Positions 9,340 to 19,294 of a DNA stretch of 64,000 nucleotides are shown in pieces. The DNA comes from an uncultured cyanobacterium. Lineage in GTDB: Bacteria; Cyanobacteriota; Cyanobacteriia; Cyanobacteriales; CAWCAG01. The stretch covers positions 768,001 through 832,000 of the forward strand of contig CAWCAG010000007.1 of assembly GCA_963793425.1 (NCBI GenBank), written 5' to 3'. Below the pieces are notes generated by a model, which saw nothing but the letters and a program-made list of their open reading frames with translations, did no database searches and was not told the origin of the DNA. Made by a program: the position numbers and the translations under genes. Every line of letters starts with the position of its first letter. The first letter of the stretch is position 1.

Positions 9340-12078
9340 TTAACTTCCCACCCCACACTCCGGTACATCAGCCCATGATCCCTGAATACCGGCTTCTGAT
9401 AGATGCGCCACTAATTCTAGATTTCCTGATTCATTAACTACCCAGCCTGTTGCTTGAACAGGTAAAGGTTCGGTAGTTGAAGAAGAATTATTTGCCTGGG
9501 GAAGCTGCACAGTGTTGCTAAGTTGTTCTTCCCCAGAAAAATCTTGTAAATCTTGCCATATAGTTTCCCCTCGAATAGTTCCTGCTGCATCTTCTGGCAA
9601 ACCCCCTCTACCTGTGATGATAAAGCGACTTTCAGCAGAGGTAGCACAACCAACAGCAATTTGTTCGGTGGGATCAACAACTTCATCTGGTAACTCCACA
9701 AGTCCCGAACTAGGGTCAACTCCCAAGGTGGTAATATCTACCACACCGCTAAATTGCGGCCCGAGGTCAGAGGTTGCAGTAATGTCACTTTGGGGAGTTA
9801 AGAAAGCACGAAACTCTGTTCCAAAAATACCTTCAGCCGTAATAATCACCCTACCACCTCTACCTTGTTGAGCATTGGCAGTAATATCACTATTTTCTAG
9901 GGCTGCAAGTACGCCGGTTTCCATGATGATGTTGCCTCCATCTGCATTACCAGCATCCGTTGCAATACGACTGTTACGCCGCAGAATAATCCCTATAGCA
10001 TTTAAACGAATGTTACCCCCTGCCCCCGTAACTGTTGCTGCGGAGATAGTTCCTTGGTTATCAAGAAGAATGCGCCTTGCTTGAACATTAAGGTTGCCAG
10101 CCCCACCGGTACTAGTAGCTCTTACTCCAACTTCTGCCCCATTTTCTACTCTAAAATCTTTTGTATGAATATCAATGTTTCCGGCTGCCCCTGCACCACT
10201 GGTATTAGAATCAATGGCACTAGGGACAATGCCATCACCCAAGATACCAAAAGAAACTGCTTCGACAAAAGGATTTACTCCTGTGGCAAACCCTGACACT
10301 TCAACTGATTCTGAAGCCTTAATGGAGATGCTCCCTGCTGGGTTGCTTCCCCCTGTTGCCACAGAAATTTGCGCCCCATCCCTCACACTAACTCGTTTAC
10401 TATTAATAGTAAGATTCCCTGCGGCGGCATTACCCGATTGTCCTCCCACAGTGAGTAGAGAGGAAGAAGCGAACAAACCACTCAAAAATATGCCATCTGG
10501 TGAAATACCCCTTAGATCAACCACATCCGCAATAACATCAAGATTGCCACCTAAAGCTGCCCCGGATGTGGCAGAGGAAAGTTGCCCTCCTTCAGCTACT
10601 ACAAGCTGTCCTGTTGTAATTTTTAAGTTGCCTGCGGCTCCTCCGCCAAGGGTGGTGGTAAACAAGCCTACAGGAGCAGTTGCATTGGCAGGCGTTCCCC
10701 TAATTTCGACGCTTCCTGCATTAATAGTCATATCCCCACCCTTGCCGGAACTAATTTGGTTAGGGGTGGTACTAAAAACTGAGCCGTTAAGCAAGCGCAA
10801 CTGCCCTGCTGTGAACTCAAAGCTCCCCGAAGCACCTACCCCAGCCGTGCCAGCCAGGAAAATAGAACCTTCATCAATTTCTGCTAATCCAGTAACGTTG
10901 AAATCCATATCCCCCCCGGCACCGTTAGCAAAAGCAGTTGTGAGGATAGCTGCACCACCCTTAGATAGTAATTGGTTTGCGGTAATCTTAACCTTGCCCG
11001 CAGCACCGCCTCCCAGACTAAGGCTATACAAGCCATCTCGCAGTGCCAAAGGATTAAAAGTACCAAATCTAATTTCATCTTTAATCGTATTAGGTGCAGC
11101 CCCGTTGAGTTCTACTATTGAGGAATTGATGTTGATATCCCCTGCCTTGGCAGTACCTAAAAATGTAGAAGAAGAGAGGTAAGAAAGACTTTCTAGCTTA
11201 AATTCTGTACCTTGAATATCAATACCTGCACCGGGTAAGTTACCGAAGGTATCGGAGACTAAGCTAGAGCCTTGAGTCAGGTTAATAGCCCCGCCTTGAA
11301 GAATAATCCCCCCCCCTGCCAAACCACTAGTGTTAACCATTGCACCGGAAGTTAAGCTGATTTTTCCAGGGTTAGGAACAGCCTCTGTAGAGTTGAGGTT
11401 GAAAGTGCTGTTGCTGGTACTTACTAATTGCACTTTTCCCCCCAATGTAGTTAAGTTAGCCCCCTCAAAACCAATCTCACCGCCAACAAAGGTAACATTT
11501 TGACCTGGATTAACAGCTAACCCAGTTGTAGAACGATTAATAATACTCCCAGGATTAGCAAATATCTGCAAACCAACTGGGGCAGTTACCGTTAATAAAG
11601 CAGAATTGCTTGTGTCTGTAGCGCTGAAAAAACTATTATCAGTAAATGTTATTCTGTCTGCGGTACTAGCAAAAAAGGAACCGCTAATATTTAGTTGAGC
11701 ATTGCTGCCAAAGGCAATACCGTTAGGGTTGAGCAAAAATAAATTGCTGGTGTTGCTGGCATTAATTATGCCATCAAGATTAGAAACTTGCCCTCCCGTA
11801 ATCCGGACAAATGTATTAGTTACAGCACCGTTATTAAATTGGACTGTATTACCCCCAGTAAGAGAAAAGTTGCTGAAGCTATGGAAGAGGTTTGTACCTT
11901 GGAGATTTCCCCCAGTAATGGTGCAGAGAGCAGCTACACAGGCATTACTGTTGCTACCATTAACAAAAGTGCCAACTGTAGAGTCTGGGGTTATTTGGGC
12001 TTGAACACTGAGGTTAAAATCTAAACAACTCAGCGCTAGACTACCAATCAGGGAGAATCTGGGGAAGATTTTATTCAT
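9340..12078 (-). CDS. Filamentous haemagglutinin N-terminal (TPS) domain exoprotein
   Basis: AQITPD, NLFHSFSNFS, NLFLLNPNGIAFG, G/T/S-rich beta-helix repeats, C-terminal NSDITANA and FIITGRGGLP..ATGW motifs. Confidence 0.9.
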   Translation of the reverse strand: MNKIFPRFSLIGSLALSCLDFNLSVQAQITPDSTVGTFVNGSNSNACVAALCTITGGNLQGTNLFHSFSNFSLTGGNTVQFNNGAVTNTFVRITGGQVSNLDGIINASNTSNLFLLNPNGIAFGSNAQLNISGSFFASTADRITFTDNSFFSATDTSNSALLTVTAPVGLQIFANPGSIINRSTTGLAVNPGQNVTFVGGEIGFEGANLTTLGGKVQLVSTSNSTFNLNSTEAVPNPGKISLTSGAMVNTSGLAGGGIILQGGAINLTQGSSLVSDTFGNLPGAGIDIQGTEFKLESLSYLSSSTFLGTAKAGDININSSIVELNGAAPNTIKDEIRFGTFNPLALRDGLYSLSLGGGAAGKVKITANQLLSKGGAAILTTAFANGAGGDMDFNVTGLAEIDEGSIFLAGTAGVGASGSFEFTAGQLRLLNGSVFSTTPNQISSGKGGDMTINAGSVEIRGTPANATAPVGLFTTTLGGGAAGNLKITTGQLVVAEGGQLSSATSGAALGGNLDVIADVVDLRGISPDGIFLSGLFASSSLLTVGGQSGNAAAGNLTINSKRVSVRDGAQISVATGGSNPAGSISIKASESVEVSGFATGVNPFVEAVSFGILGDGIVPSAIDSNTSGAGAAGNIDIHTKDFRVENGAEVGVRATSTGGAGNLNVQARRILLDNQGTISAATVTGAGGNIRLNAIGIILRRNSRIATDAGNADGGNIIMETGVLAALENSDITANAQQGRGGRVIITAEGIFGTEFRAFLTPQSDITATSDLGPQFSGVVDITTLGVDPSSGLVELPDEVVDPTEQIAVGCATSAESRFIITGRGGLPEDAAGTIRGETIWQDLQDFSGEEQLSNTVQLPQANNSSSTTEPLPVQATGWVVNESGNLELVAHLSEAGIQGSWADVPECGVGS

Positions 12079-12586
12079 TAAGGCTACAGTGACATGAAAA
12101 GTGCGATCGCGCTTAGAATAAATTTGAGATGCCCATAAAAATTAGAATCATTTTCAGATCAAGTATAAATGACTAATAGCCAAAACCAAAGTTTTGCTAG
12201 ATAACAATTAACAGAACTAGCTAAGTTGGGCTAGCAAGATTTTTAGTTAACTAATATTGATACGGTATTCCTAGTTTTTGCTTTAGATCAGGAATTGAAT
12301 TTGCAAGGCTGGCTTCATCATGAAGATATCAAGAATATTCTTAGGACTGACTTAAGTAATATTAACTAATTTCAGAATAAAACTTAGCTACCACCGAAAT
12401 TAATAACAAGCTTAACCTAGAATAAGTACTTGCTCAATCAAAGTGTATAATCTCTGGGTGAATATCAGTACCGTGATATAACTTAAATTGTCTTCTTCAA
12501 AACTTCATCTTAACCTGTTGACATTACTAGGGAAAATCAAATAGCTTAGGAATCACTCTTAACTAAATATGAATGAGGTAGATTTT

Positions 12587-13081
12587 ATGAACTTAAGCTT
12601 TAAGGCTGTTGCTACAGTAGCAGTCTCAGCCGTAGCCACATCCTTAGCGGCTGCCACTTTTCCGACAACAGCTTCGGCTTTTACTCTCGGTGATTACAAC
12701 CTGGTAGTATTTGAGGATTTAACTAGCAACTCTGAGGTGGAAGGTAGTACTTTTGTCGGTGGCAACCTGTTAGGGAATTCTTCCAATTACTGCATTAAAT
12801 GCTCTCCAGGTGGCAGCTTCAATCCTTTTGATGGTGTCGGTTTGAAGGTTGTTGGCAACATAAGCGGTAACCCGAAGCAAGTCAATAACGGTGCAGACTT
12901 AGAGTACGGTGGTAATTTAAACGCAATCGTCAATATGAATGGCGGTGGTAGTAAAACTCAGAATAGTGACCTCGCTAATGAGTTTAACGATCTGAAAAAT
13001 TTCCTCACCGGTACTTCTACAAAACTTGCAGGTTTAACAGCAAATAGTAGCGTAGTTATTCCTGGGACTCAACCTGGTTAA
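12587..13081 (+). pseudogene. Choice-of-anchor A family secreted protein, C-terminally truncated
   Basis: GAGG RBS before ATG 12587, ASA-F signal peptide, DYNLVVFEDL..SEVEGSTFVGGNL; stops after ~164 aa with no sorting signal, 52 nt from a convergent gene. Confidence 0.65.
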
Positions 13082-13133
13082 AGATGATGTTTTAATCAGG
13101 GTTAGAGGTTTGGAAGTACTTCTAACTTTAAGA

Positions 13134-13658
13134 TCATTTCTGTTCATAATGTTGAGCTAAATCATAGGTATTCCAACTTTTACAGTCTTTAGGTTCGTAT
13201 CCCAATAGTTTTGCTACTTCGTGCATTCGCCTTATATTTGGTGCTTCAACTTCTATGAATACAGGAATATGTTCTAAAGCATCTTGATAATCATCGATAA
13301 CAATTTTTGTATCTTCTAAAGTATATTCTGTACGAAACTTACGAGTTTCTTTAATTACCTTTAGCCCCAATGTTTCTAAAATAGTTTTCATATTACCTAA
13401 ATCAGAGACTAAAGTTTCACACTCTTCCATCACTTTAGCTTCCCCCTGGGCAATGTGCTTTTTATAAGCTAAAACCGTCTCTTCCCCTTCCTTACGCAAC
13501 CTTAAAACATCTCCTTGCTGACGAATACTGCTGTCAGAAAAGTCATAGAAAATAGCATAAAGTTCTCCAGCAAAGGATTTACTAGCACCAAGTTCTTGCA
13601 ACTTGTCTTCAATTATTTCTTGGTCAATTTCGAGGATTTTAACTTCTATTTCTTGCAT
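13134..13658 (-). CDS. CYTH domain protein (class IV adenylate cyclase / triphosphatase-like)
   Basis: EIEVK N-terminal motif, LRLR, K.R..Y, IVID, FIEVE. Confidence 0.85.
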   Translation of the reverse strand: MQEIEVKILEIDQEIIEDKLQELGASKSFAGELYAIFYDFSDSSIRQQGDVLRLRKEGEETVLAYKKHIAQGEAKVMEECETLVSDLGNMKTILETLGLKVIKETRKFRTEYTLEDTKIVIDDYQDALEHIPVFIEVEAPNIRRMHEVAKLLGYEPKDCKSWNTYDLAQHYEQK

Positions 13659-13682
13659 ATCTTTTATTCTTTATCTATTAAA

Positions 13683-14564
13683 CTAAGTAGCAACTTTACC
13701 AAGAACATTAAGAAAGCCATATTCTTCTAAAAACTGCTTTTGTTGATGGTTACGAACAAAAAAAGAACCGACAAAACCTAAAGAATTAATAGAAATAGAC
13801 TGAAAACTTTCTTGGGATCGCGGTACAATCAATAACCATTTTCTAGTTGCCAAAAGATTATAGGCGTGAGGTTGCTGATGATTATTCAAACCCAAAGTTT
13901 GCAAAAGCTGGTGATATTGTTGCCAAATTACTTCTCCAGAGGTGGGAAAATCCAGCTTTGCAATAGCGTGGGGAAAATTTAAAGACGGTATTTTGCCCAC
14001 AGAACCTTGCCACTGTGTAGAAGCAATGGTAACTTCTAAAGGAAAATTCATTGCTTCTATTTCTGCAACCAAAGGAAAAGGCACTAGTTGCAAATGTTTG
14101 TGGCGCTGGCTTGCACCAGCCTTTTTGCCACTGTTATAAAAAGCTAAACCTTCTATTTCTCTTAAACAAGTTTCCATAGCCTCAAAATCTTCCCAACTCA
14201 AGAGATTTTCCTGGGCTTCAAACTCCCGCGTTACTATCAGGATATGATCATCAACCACATTAAACTTATTAAGCAAGCATAAATGAGTATCAGAAATATC
14301 AGCTACAAATAAACCCTCTTCGTAAGGAAGAAAAGGATTATAATCTTGACCCGAAGGAGATTTTTCTTCCTGTTGCTGTTTAGCTCGCTCTTTATGGGCA
14401 ATATTAGCCAGAATACGGACTAGAAAAGGGATTCCATCTTGCTCAATCAACTCATATTCTGTAGGTAAAGAATGAAGTGCGCCACCTTCAAGGGCATAGT
14501 GAGTTTGTTGTTTAACTTTAGCCCATAAAGTTCCTGAATCTAAAGTAGTATTTGTTTCAGACAT
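13683..14564 (-). CDS. ATP adenylyltransferase / Ap4A phosphorylase
   Basis: NPFLPYE, LLNKFNVV..H, FYNSG..AGASQRHKHLQ, VPRS, INSLGF; start set at MSETN. Confidence 0.9.
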   Translation of the reverse strand: MSETNTTLDSGTLWAKVKQQTHYALEGGALHSLPTEYELIEQDGIPFLVRILANIAHKERAKQQQEEKSPSGQDYNPFLPYEEGLFVADISDTHLCLLNKFNVVDDHILIVTREFEAQENLLSWEDFEAMETCLREIEGLAFYNSGKKAGASQRHKHLQLVPFPLVAEIEAMNFPLEVTIASTQWQGSVGKIPSLNFPHAIAKLDFPTSGEVIWQQYHQLLQTLGLNNHQQPHAYNLLATRKWLLIVPRSQESFQSISINSLGFVGSFFVRNHQQKQFLEEYGFLNVLGKVAT

Positions 14565-14651
14565 TTTTCCGATTATAGGAGCATTGTTTATTGACCCAGA
14601 GCTATTTATGATGATTTGTAGGAAATTTGTCAAGAATATTTTTGAGTAGCC

Positions 14652-15185
14652 ATGCCAAAATTCACTTTATTTACTGCCCTGTTGTTTCCCTTTGCCTTAG
14701 CTTTTTCCACTCCTGCTTTAGCAGAAGAAATGTTTATCAAACTCAATTTTACTGATGCTGAGGGTATTGGTGAACAAGTTGGTACAGTTAAGCTAGAAGA
14801 TACAGAATATGGTTTGTTAATCACCCCTCAATTAAAAGGACTTCCTCAAGGTGTACATGGGTTTCATATTCATGAGAACCCTGATTGTGGCCCCGGACTC
14901 AAAGATGGTAAAGTCGTTCCTGGCTTAAACGCTGGAGGGCATTTTGACCCCTTTAACACAGGGAAACATGAAGGCCCCTATGGGGATGGACATTTAGGGG
15001 ATCTACCGCCTTTATGGGTCAATGAAGAAGGAATAGCGATGATTCCAGGATTAGCCCCTCGCCTTAAGTTAGCTTATTTATCAGGTCGTTCTCTGATGAT
15101 TCATCAAGGAGGAGATAACTTTTCTGATGATCCCGAAGCTTTAGGGGGAGGCGGTGCAAGGTTGGCTTGCGGAGTTATTGAGTAA
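14652..15185 (+). CDS. sodC: Periplasmic Cu/Zn superoxide dismutase
   Basis: Signal peptide; HGFHIH, AGGHFDP, H.GP..GHLGDLP, MIHQGGDN, GGGGARLACGVI. Confidence 0.95.
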   Translation: MPKFTLFTALLFPFALAFSTPALAEEMFIKLNFTDAEGIGEQVGTVKLEDTEYGLLITPQLKGLPQGVHGFHIHENPDCGPGLKDGKVVPGLNAGGHFDPFNTGKHEGPYGDGHLGDLPPLWVNEEGIAMIPGLAPRLKLAYLSGRSLMIHQGGDNFSDDPEALGGGGARLACGVIE

Positions 15186-15237
15186 GCTGTCAGGCTTATA
15201 TTGCTTGTTGAGGCAAAAAAGCAAAAGCGGGGGAATA

Positions 15238-15696
15238 TTAAGAAGTTTGCAGATAAATTGTTTCAGCCACTCTTTTTAAGCGCCTTAATTGTGCTTTCAT
15301 ATCCTTCTTGGTCCAACTAGCTGCAAAAGTATTGAAACCCCAGCTAATTACCGGATTAGCAACCTTAAACTTAAAACGATTCAGCAACTTAGTACCTTCA
15401 GAATCAGGCTGACATTCCCAGCGATCGCTGCCTTGGAAAAAACCTTCAAAACCCCAAACAATTAAACCAGGTTCTCGTTCAATTACGACACTTTTTAAAG
15501 TAGGTTGCAAGACAGGGACTTTGATGATGAAACGGCTGCGGCTACCAACTTCTGTACTCCATTTTCCTATAGGTTCACAATGCAAGGCAGGATTAAGCCA
15601 ACGGTGCATTAATTCACGATCTGTTAAACACTTTTCAACGATAGTGGCGCTAGCCTTGATATGAATGGATTGTTCAAAAATTTGAGCAGATGGCAT
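15238..15696 (-). CDS. SRPBCC / polyketide cyclase family protein
   Basis: FEQSIHIKA, MHRWLNP, W.FEGFFQG.DRWEC, LRRLK; start set at MPSAQ. Confidence 0.8.
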   Translation of the reverse strand: MPSAQIFEQSIHIKASATIVEKCLTDRELMHRWLNPALHCEPIGKWSTEVGSRSRFIIKVPVLQPTLKSVVIEREPGLIVWGFEGFFQGSDRWECQPDSEGTKLLNRFKFKVANPVISWGFNTFAASWTKKDMKAQLRRLKRVAETIYLQTS

Positions 15697-16236
15697 ATTT
15701 ATTAAAGTAAACAAAGCAAGTTTGAATCAGATTTTACACTCTAGATATTATTAACTTTTATAAAGTATAACTGATGACAAAAACTACAGGCAATCTTAGA
15801 AAGGATTATTTTTCTAAGCTCAGTTAGGTGTAAATAACAGGTAATAAATAAGAGATTTAGTTTTCTTTTTTCGCCAATCTTTATCTATGTTAAGCTTTAC
15901 TAACTTTTAGAAACCTTAGTCGAAAATATTCTTACTGGTTGCCTTGCTGGTTAAATGAAATAAATCCCTCTAGAGGAGTAGCAACAAATTAACTTTGCAC
16001 TGATAAGTATGCCAACTGGGGGAAAACTTAAAGCAAATCCCCCTTGGCTTTGGTTATTTATGTAAAAAAAGATTACTGTTTTTAGGGAAAAGCGTAGTAT
16101 AGACAGCATAGAATATCAACTTTTATATGGGATAATTCCAGTGCGAATGCCCTATCAAGAGTGGGGCAAGCCGCCGGAGTTTTTACTTAGAGAATCCTAA
16201 TGGATTTATGAAGATAATGAATGGAACAGAACAAGA

Positions 16237-17958
16237 ATGATACATATAGCCAGTAAACTTATGCTGGTGTTGCCGCCAATTTTGGCCCAAGAGACACCAG
16301 AAACACTCAAAACAATTACAGGAATTGCTTTTCTAGACTCGATTCTCGCCCCTATTGGTGGGAGTTTAGGCAGTTCGATACTCAACTTCCTCTTCGCCAT
16401 CATCGTCTTAGTCGTTGGTTGGATCGTCGCAGGAATTGTTAAATCAATAGTTAAGGGCCTGTTGGGTCGCACCAACATCGACAACAAAGTTGCTGGTTGG
16501 ATCTCAGGAAGAGAAGGCGGCGAATCTATACCCATTGAAAAATGGATCTCAGAAGTAGTTTATTGGGTAATTATTCTCTTTGTTGTAGTTGCCTTCCTAC
16601 AAACTCTGCAATTAGAAGCGGTTTCCGAACCCTTAAACGCTCTTTTAGAACAGATTACTAGCTTCTTACCGAAAATAGGTGGGGCCTTAATTCTGCTGGC
16701 TTTAGCTTGGCTGCTAGCAACCTTGGTTAAAATGATTGTTGGCAGGGCTTTGCGGGCATTTCGCGTTGATGAACGCTTAGGGCAACAAGTTGGGGAAACA
16801 ACAACCACCACAAGCACTACCCCTTCTACCACTACAACAGGAACTGACCCTTCTGCCACAACGACAACCACAAATCAGTTTTCCCTCAGCGAAACCATCG
16901 CTAATACCCTTTACTGGTTCATTTTCCTCCTCTTCCTACCCTCTATCCTTAGTACCTTAGAGTTGGAAGGAACATTATCACCAGTCCAAGGATTAGTTGA
17001 TAAAATCCTTTCCATACTGCCTAACATTCTCGCTGCGGTATTAATTGGCTTCGTCGGTTGGACAATTGCCCAAATTGTTCGCAAAGTAGTAACTAATCTC
17101 CTGGCAGCCACAGGAACCGATCGGGTTGGGGCCAGATTTGGTCTTTCCACCGCAACCGGAGGCAAATCTCTTTCTTGGATTATTGGGACAGTAGTTTATG
17201 TCTTAATCTTGATTCCTGTTGCCATTGCTGCGTTGCAGGCATTAAAAATCGAGGCTATTTCCGAACCTGCGATCGCGATGTTAAATGACATCCTCACAGT
17301 TCTGCCCCAAATTTTCACTGCCGCCGTTATTCTCATCTTTGCTTATGTAGCCGCTAAATATCTTGCTGATTTAGTAACTAGCATCCTTACCGGTATTGGT
17401 TTTAATAATGTTTCTCGGTGGTTGGGTTTATCCTTTGTCACAACCCCTCGCACCCGTACCACTACACCACCTCCAGGGATGGGGGAAACAACAGCAATTC
17501 AAACAACCATTCCCAGCAAAACCCCATCGGAGTTAGTCGGAATTGTTGTTCTGGTAGGTATCATGTTGGTAGCTACCTTAACTGCTGTTGATATTCTCAA
17601 TATTCCTGCTTTAACTAATTTAGTCGGGGCAATAGTTTTAATTGCAGGGCAAGTTCTCACTGGTATAATTATCTTTGCCATTGGTTTATTCCTCGCTAAC
17701 TTAGCCTTCAATCTCATCACCAGCTCTGGCAGTCGCCAATCTCGCATCCTGGCACAAACTGCCCGGATTGCCATTATTGCTTTAGTCTCCGCTATGGCAT
17801 TACAGCAAATGGGTATTGCTAGTAGCATAGTTAACTTAGCTTTTGGCTTACTCTTAGGTGCGATCGCCATAGCCATAGCCTTAGCTTTTGGTTTGGGCAG
17901 CCGCGATATTGCTGCTGAACAAGTCAGGGAGTGGCTAGATTCTTTTAAGCGAGATTAA
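16237..17958 (+). CDS. Multi-TM 'TM helix repeat' protein (MscS-associated/CmpX-like) with Thr-rich loops
   Basis: Repeated LP.I..A..IL..GW..A..V TM units; C-terminal AIALAFGLG.R..A. Confidence 0.8.
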   Translation: MIHIASKLMLVLPPILAQETPETLKTITGIAFLDSILAPIGGSLGSSILNFLFAIIVLVVGWIVAGIVKSIVKGLLGRTNIDNKVAGWISGREGGESIPIEKWISEVVYWVIILFVVVAFLQTLQLEAVSEPLNALLEQITSFLPKIGGALILLALAWLLATLVKMIVGRALRAFRVDERLGQQVGETTTTTSTTPSTTTTGTDPSATTTTTNQFSLSETIANTLYWFIFLLFLPSILSTLELEGTLSPVQGLVDKILSILPNILAAVLIGFVGWTIAQIVRKVVTNLLAATGTDRVGARFGLSTATGGKSLSWIIGTVVYVLILIPVAIAALQALKIEAISEPAIAMLNDILTVLPQIFTAAVILIFAYVAAKYLADLVTSILTGIGFNNVSRWLGLSFVTTPRTRTTTPPPGMGETTAIQTTIPSKTPSELVGIVVLVGIMLVATLTAVDILNIPALTNLVGAIVLIAGQVLTGIIIFAIGLFLANLAFNLITSSGSRQSRILAQTARIAIIALVSAMALQQMGIASSIVNLAFGLLLGAIAIAIALAFGLGSRDIAAEQVREWLDSFKRD

Positions 17959-17989
17959 CACCTCAATTTAAACTCAAGGCAATCAAGAG

Positions 17990-18027
17990 AAAATCCCCAT
18001 CTTTACTTCTTTAGATGGGGATTTTTT
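17990..18027. terminator. Bidirectional intrinsic terminator between convergent genes
   Basis: AAAATCCCCATCT-loop-AGATGGGGATTTTTT. Confidence 0.8.
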
Positions 18028-18054
18028 CAATGCTCTCAACAATAATACCAACTC

Positions 18055-18864
18055 CTAATGTTTCGTTTCAATATCTAACTCTTCGCGACGCAAATTTTCC
18101 TCAACTTTAACTAACTCTTGGGTCACTTCTTTTGTAACAGAAACTTCTTCCGTTACAAAAGCTTCTTTATGAATATTAGCCGCTTCTTTGTGAACTTCAA
18201 ACCGAGCAAGTTCCTGATTTTGGAAATTAGTTTTGCTAGGGTGAACTGGTATTTCTGGATTAATAGGTTCAGAACGTTCAATAACAACTCTTTCTCTTTC
18301 TACAGGTACTCTAGCTTTTGCTCTTGAACTTGTCACCTGCTTACCTACTGCCACTTCACCAGTTTTGTAGCGATTTTTATTAACCATAAGTCGTTCTTCA
18401 TGTAATCTAAGTTTATGATTATCTGGCATTTGATATAAGTCTGGCTCGCTTTCGTAATAGTTGTTACGACTCAAAGCCGGAGGGGTATTCATTGGGGTTT
18501 TTCTCGGCCGATAAACATTACGTACTCTTTGTTCGTATTCATAATCTACCGTCATGCTATCGTCATATTCCGGTAATTGTTCTGCTTGTTGTTTATTTTC
18601 TAAACCTGTAGCATAAATGCGTTGTCTGCCGTCATCAATGCGACAGCGCCCCATAGGAAGTAAAACTTTTTTACCAACAAACCAAAACCCTGTATCAACT
18701 ACGAAATAGCGAAATTTACCAGTTTCATCCACTAAAACATCATGAATTGTACCAACTTTTTCTTCTGTTAGCCCAGCATAAACAGTAAGTCCTTTCACTT
18801 CCTCACCATCAAATAAATCTTGAGTGTAGGTAGGATAGAAATCCTCAATTTTGTATAAAGTCAT
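18055..18864 (-). CDS. PRC-barrel + DUF2382 (YsnF/AvaK-like) protein
   Basis: FRYFVVDTGFW..GKKVLLP; LRLHEERL.V.K...GEV.VGK; LRREELD. Confidence 0.88.
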   Translation of the reverse strand: MTLYKIEDFYPTYTQDLFDGEEVKGLTVYAGLTEEKVGTIHDVLVDETGKFRYFVVDTGFWFVGKKVLLPMGRCRIDDGRQRIYATGLENKQQAEQLPEYDDSMTVDYEYEQRVRNVYRPRKTPMNTPPALSRNNYYESEPDLYQMPDNHKLRLHEERLMVNKNRYKTGEVAVGKQVTSSRAKARVPVERERVVIERSEPINPEIPVHPSKTNFQNQELARFEVHKEAANIHKEAFVTEEVSVTKEVTQELVKVEENLRREELDIETKH

Positions 18865-19294
18865 AGGTTGAATTTAGTAAGATTTTTTGTTTACTTAAAT
18901 ATATGTCTCAAATAATAATTTCTCAGATTGTTTAAGACTTCCTGCCCACGACGTAAACAGCAGCATCATAAGGAATAGCTCTTGGCTATAATTAGAGAAT
19001 TTTCAACAAAAAAAGCTACTTCTCAAGGAATAGGTAAGGAAGGAAGGACAATAACTCAGTCCAAGTTTTTTAGTGATAGCAATTCACAATTGTTGCCATG
19101 ATCAAGTTTATCGTCAGCTACTTATGTACATAGTTCTCATCATCGACTTTTAGAGTATAAAAAAAGCCTCATATCTATCTATTCACTGAGAAAGAAAACA
19201 TTTCTTATTTCTCAAGTGAGATGTGTTTAAGAAGCTAATTTAGCTACGCTAAAAAGCAATAAATTAACTTTGCTTAAAATAAGGTCTTGAATAT

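Noticed and set aside
10175..11182. 335-aa plus-strand ORF and other ORFs antisense to the FHA gene
   Set aside because: Shadow frames of a Gly/Ala/Thr-rich gene; no recognisable motifs
16010..16200. GC-rich hairpins upstream of the TM-helix-repeat gene as a riboswitch
   Set aside because: No match to a riboswitch consensus I can recognise; would need an Rfam/Infernal scan
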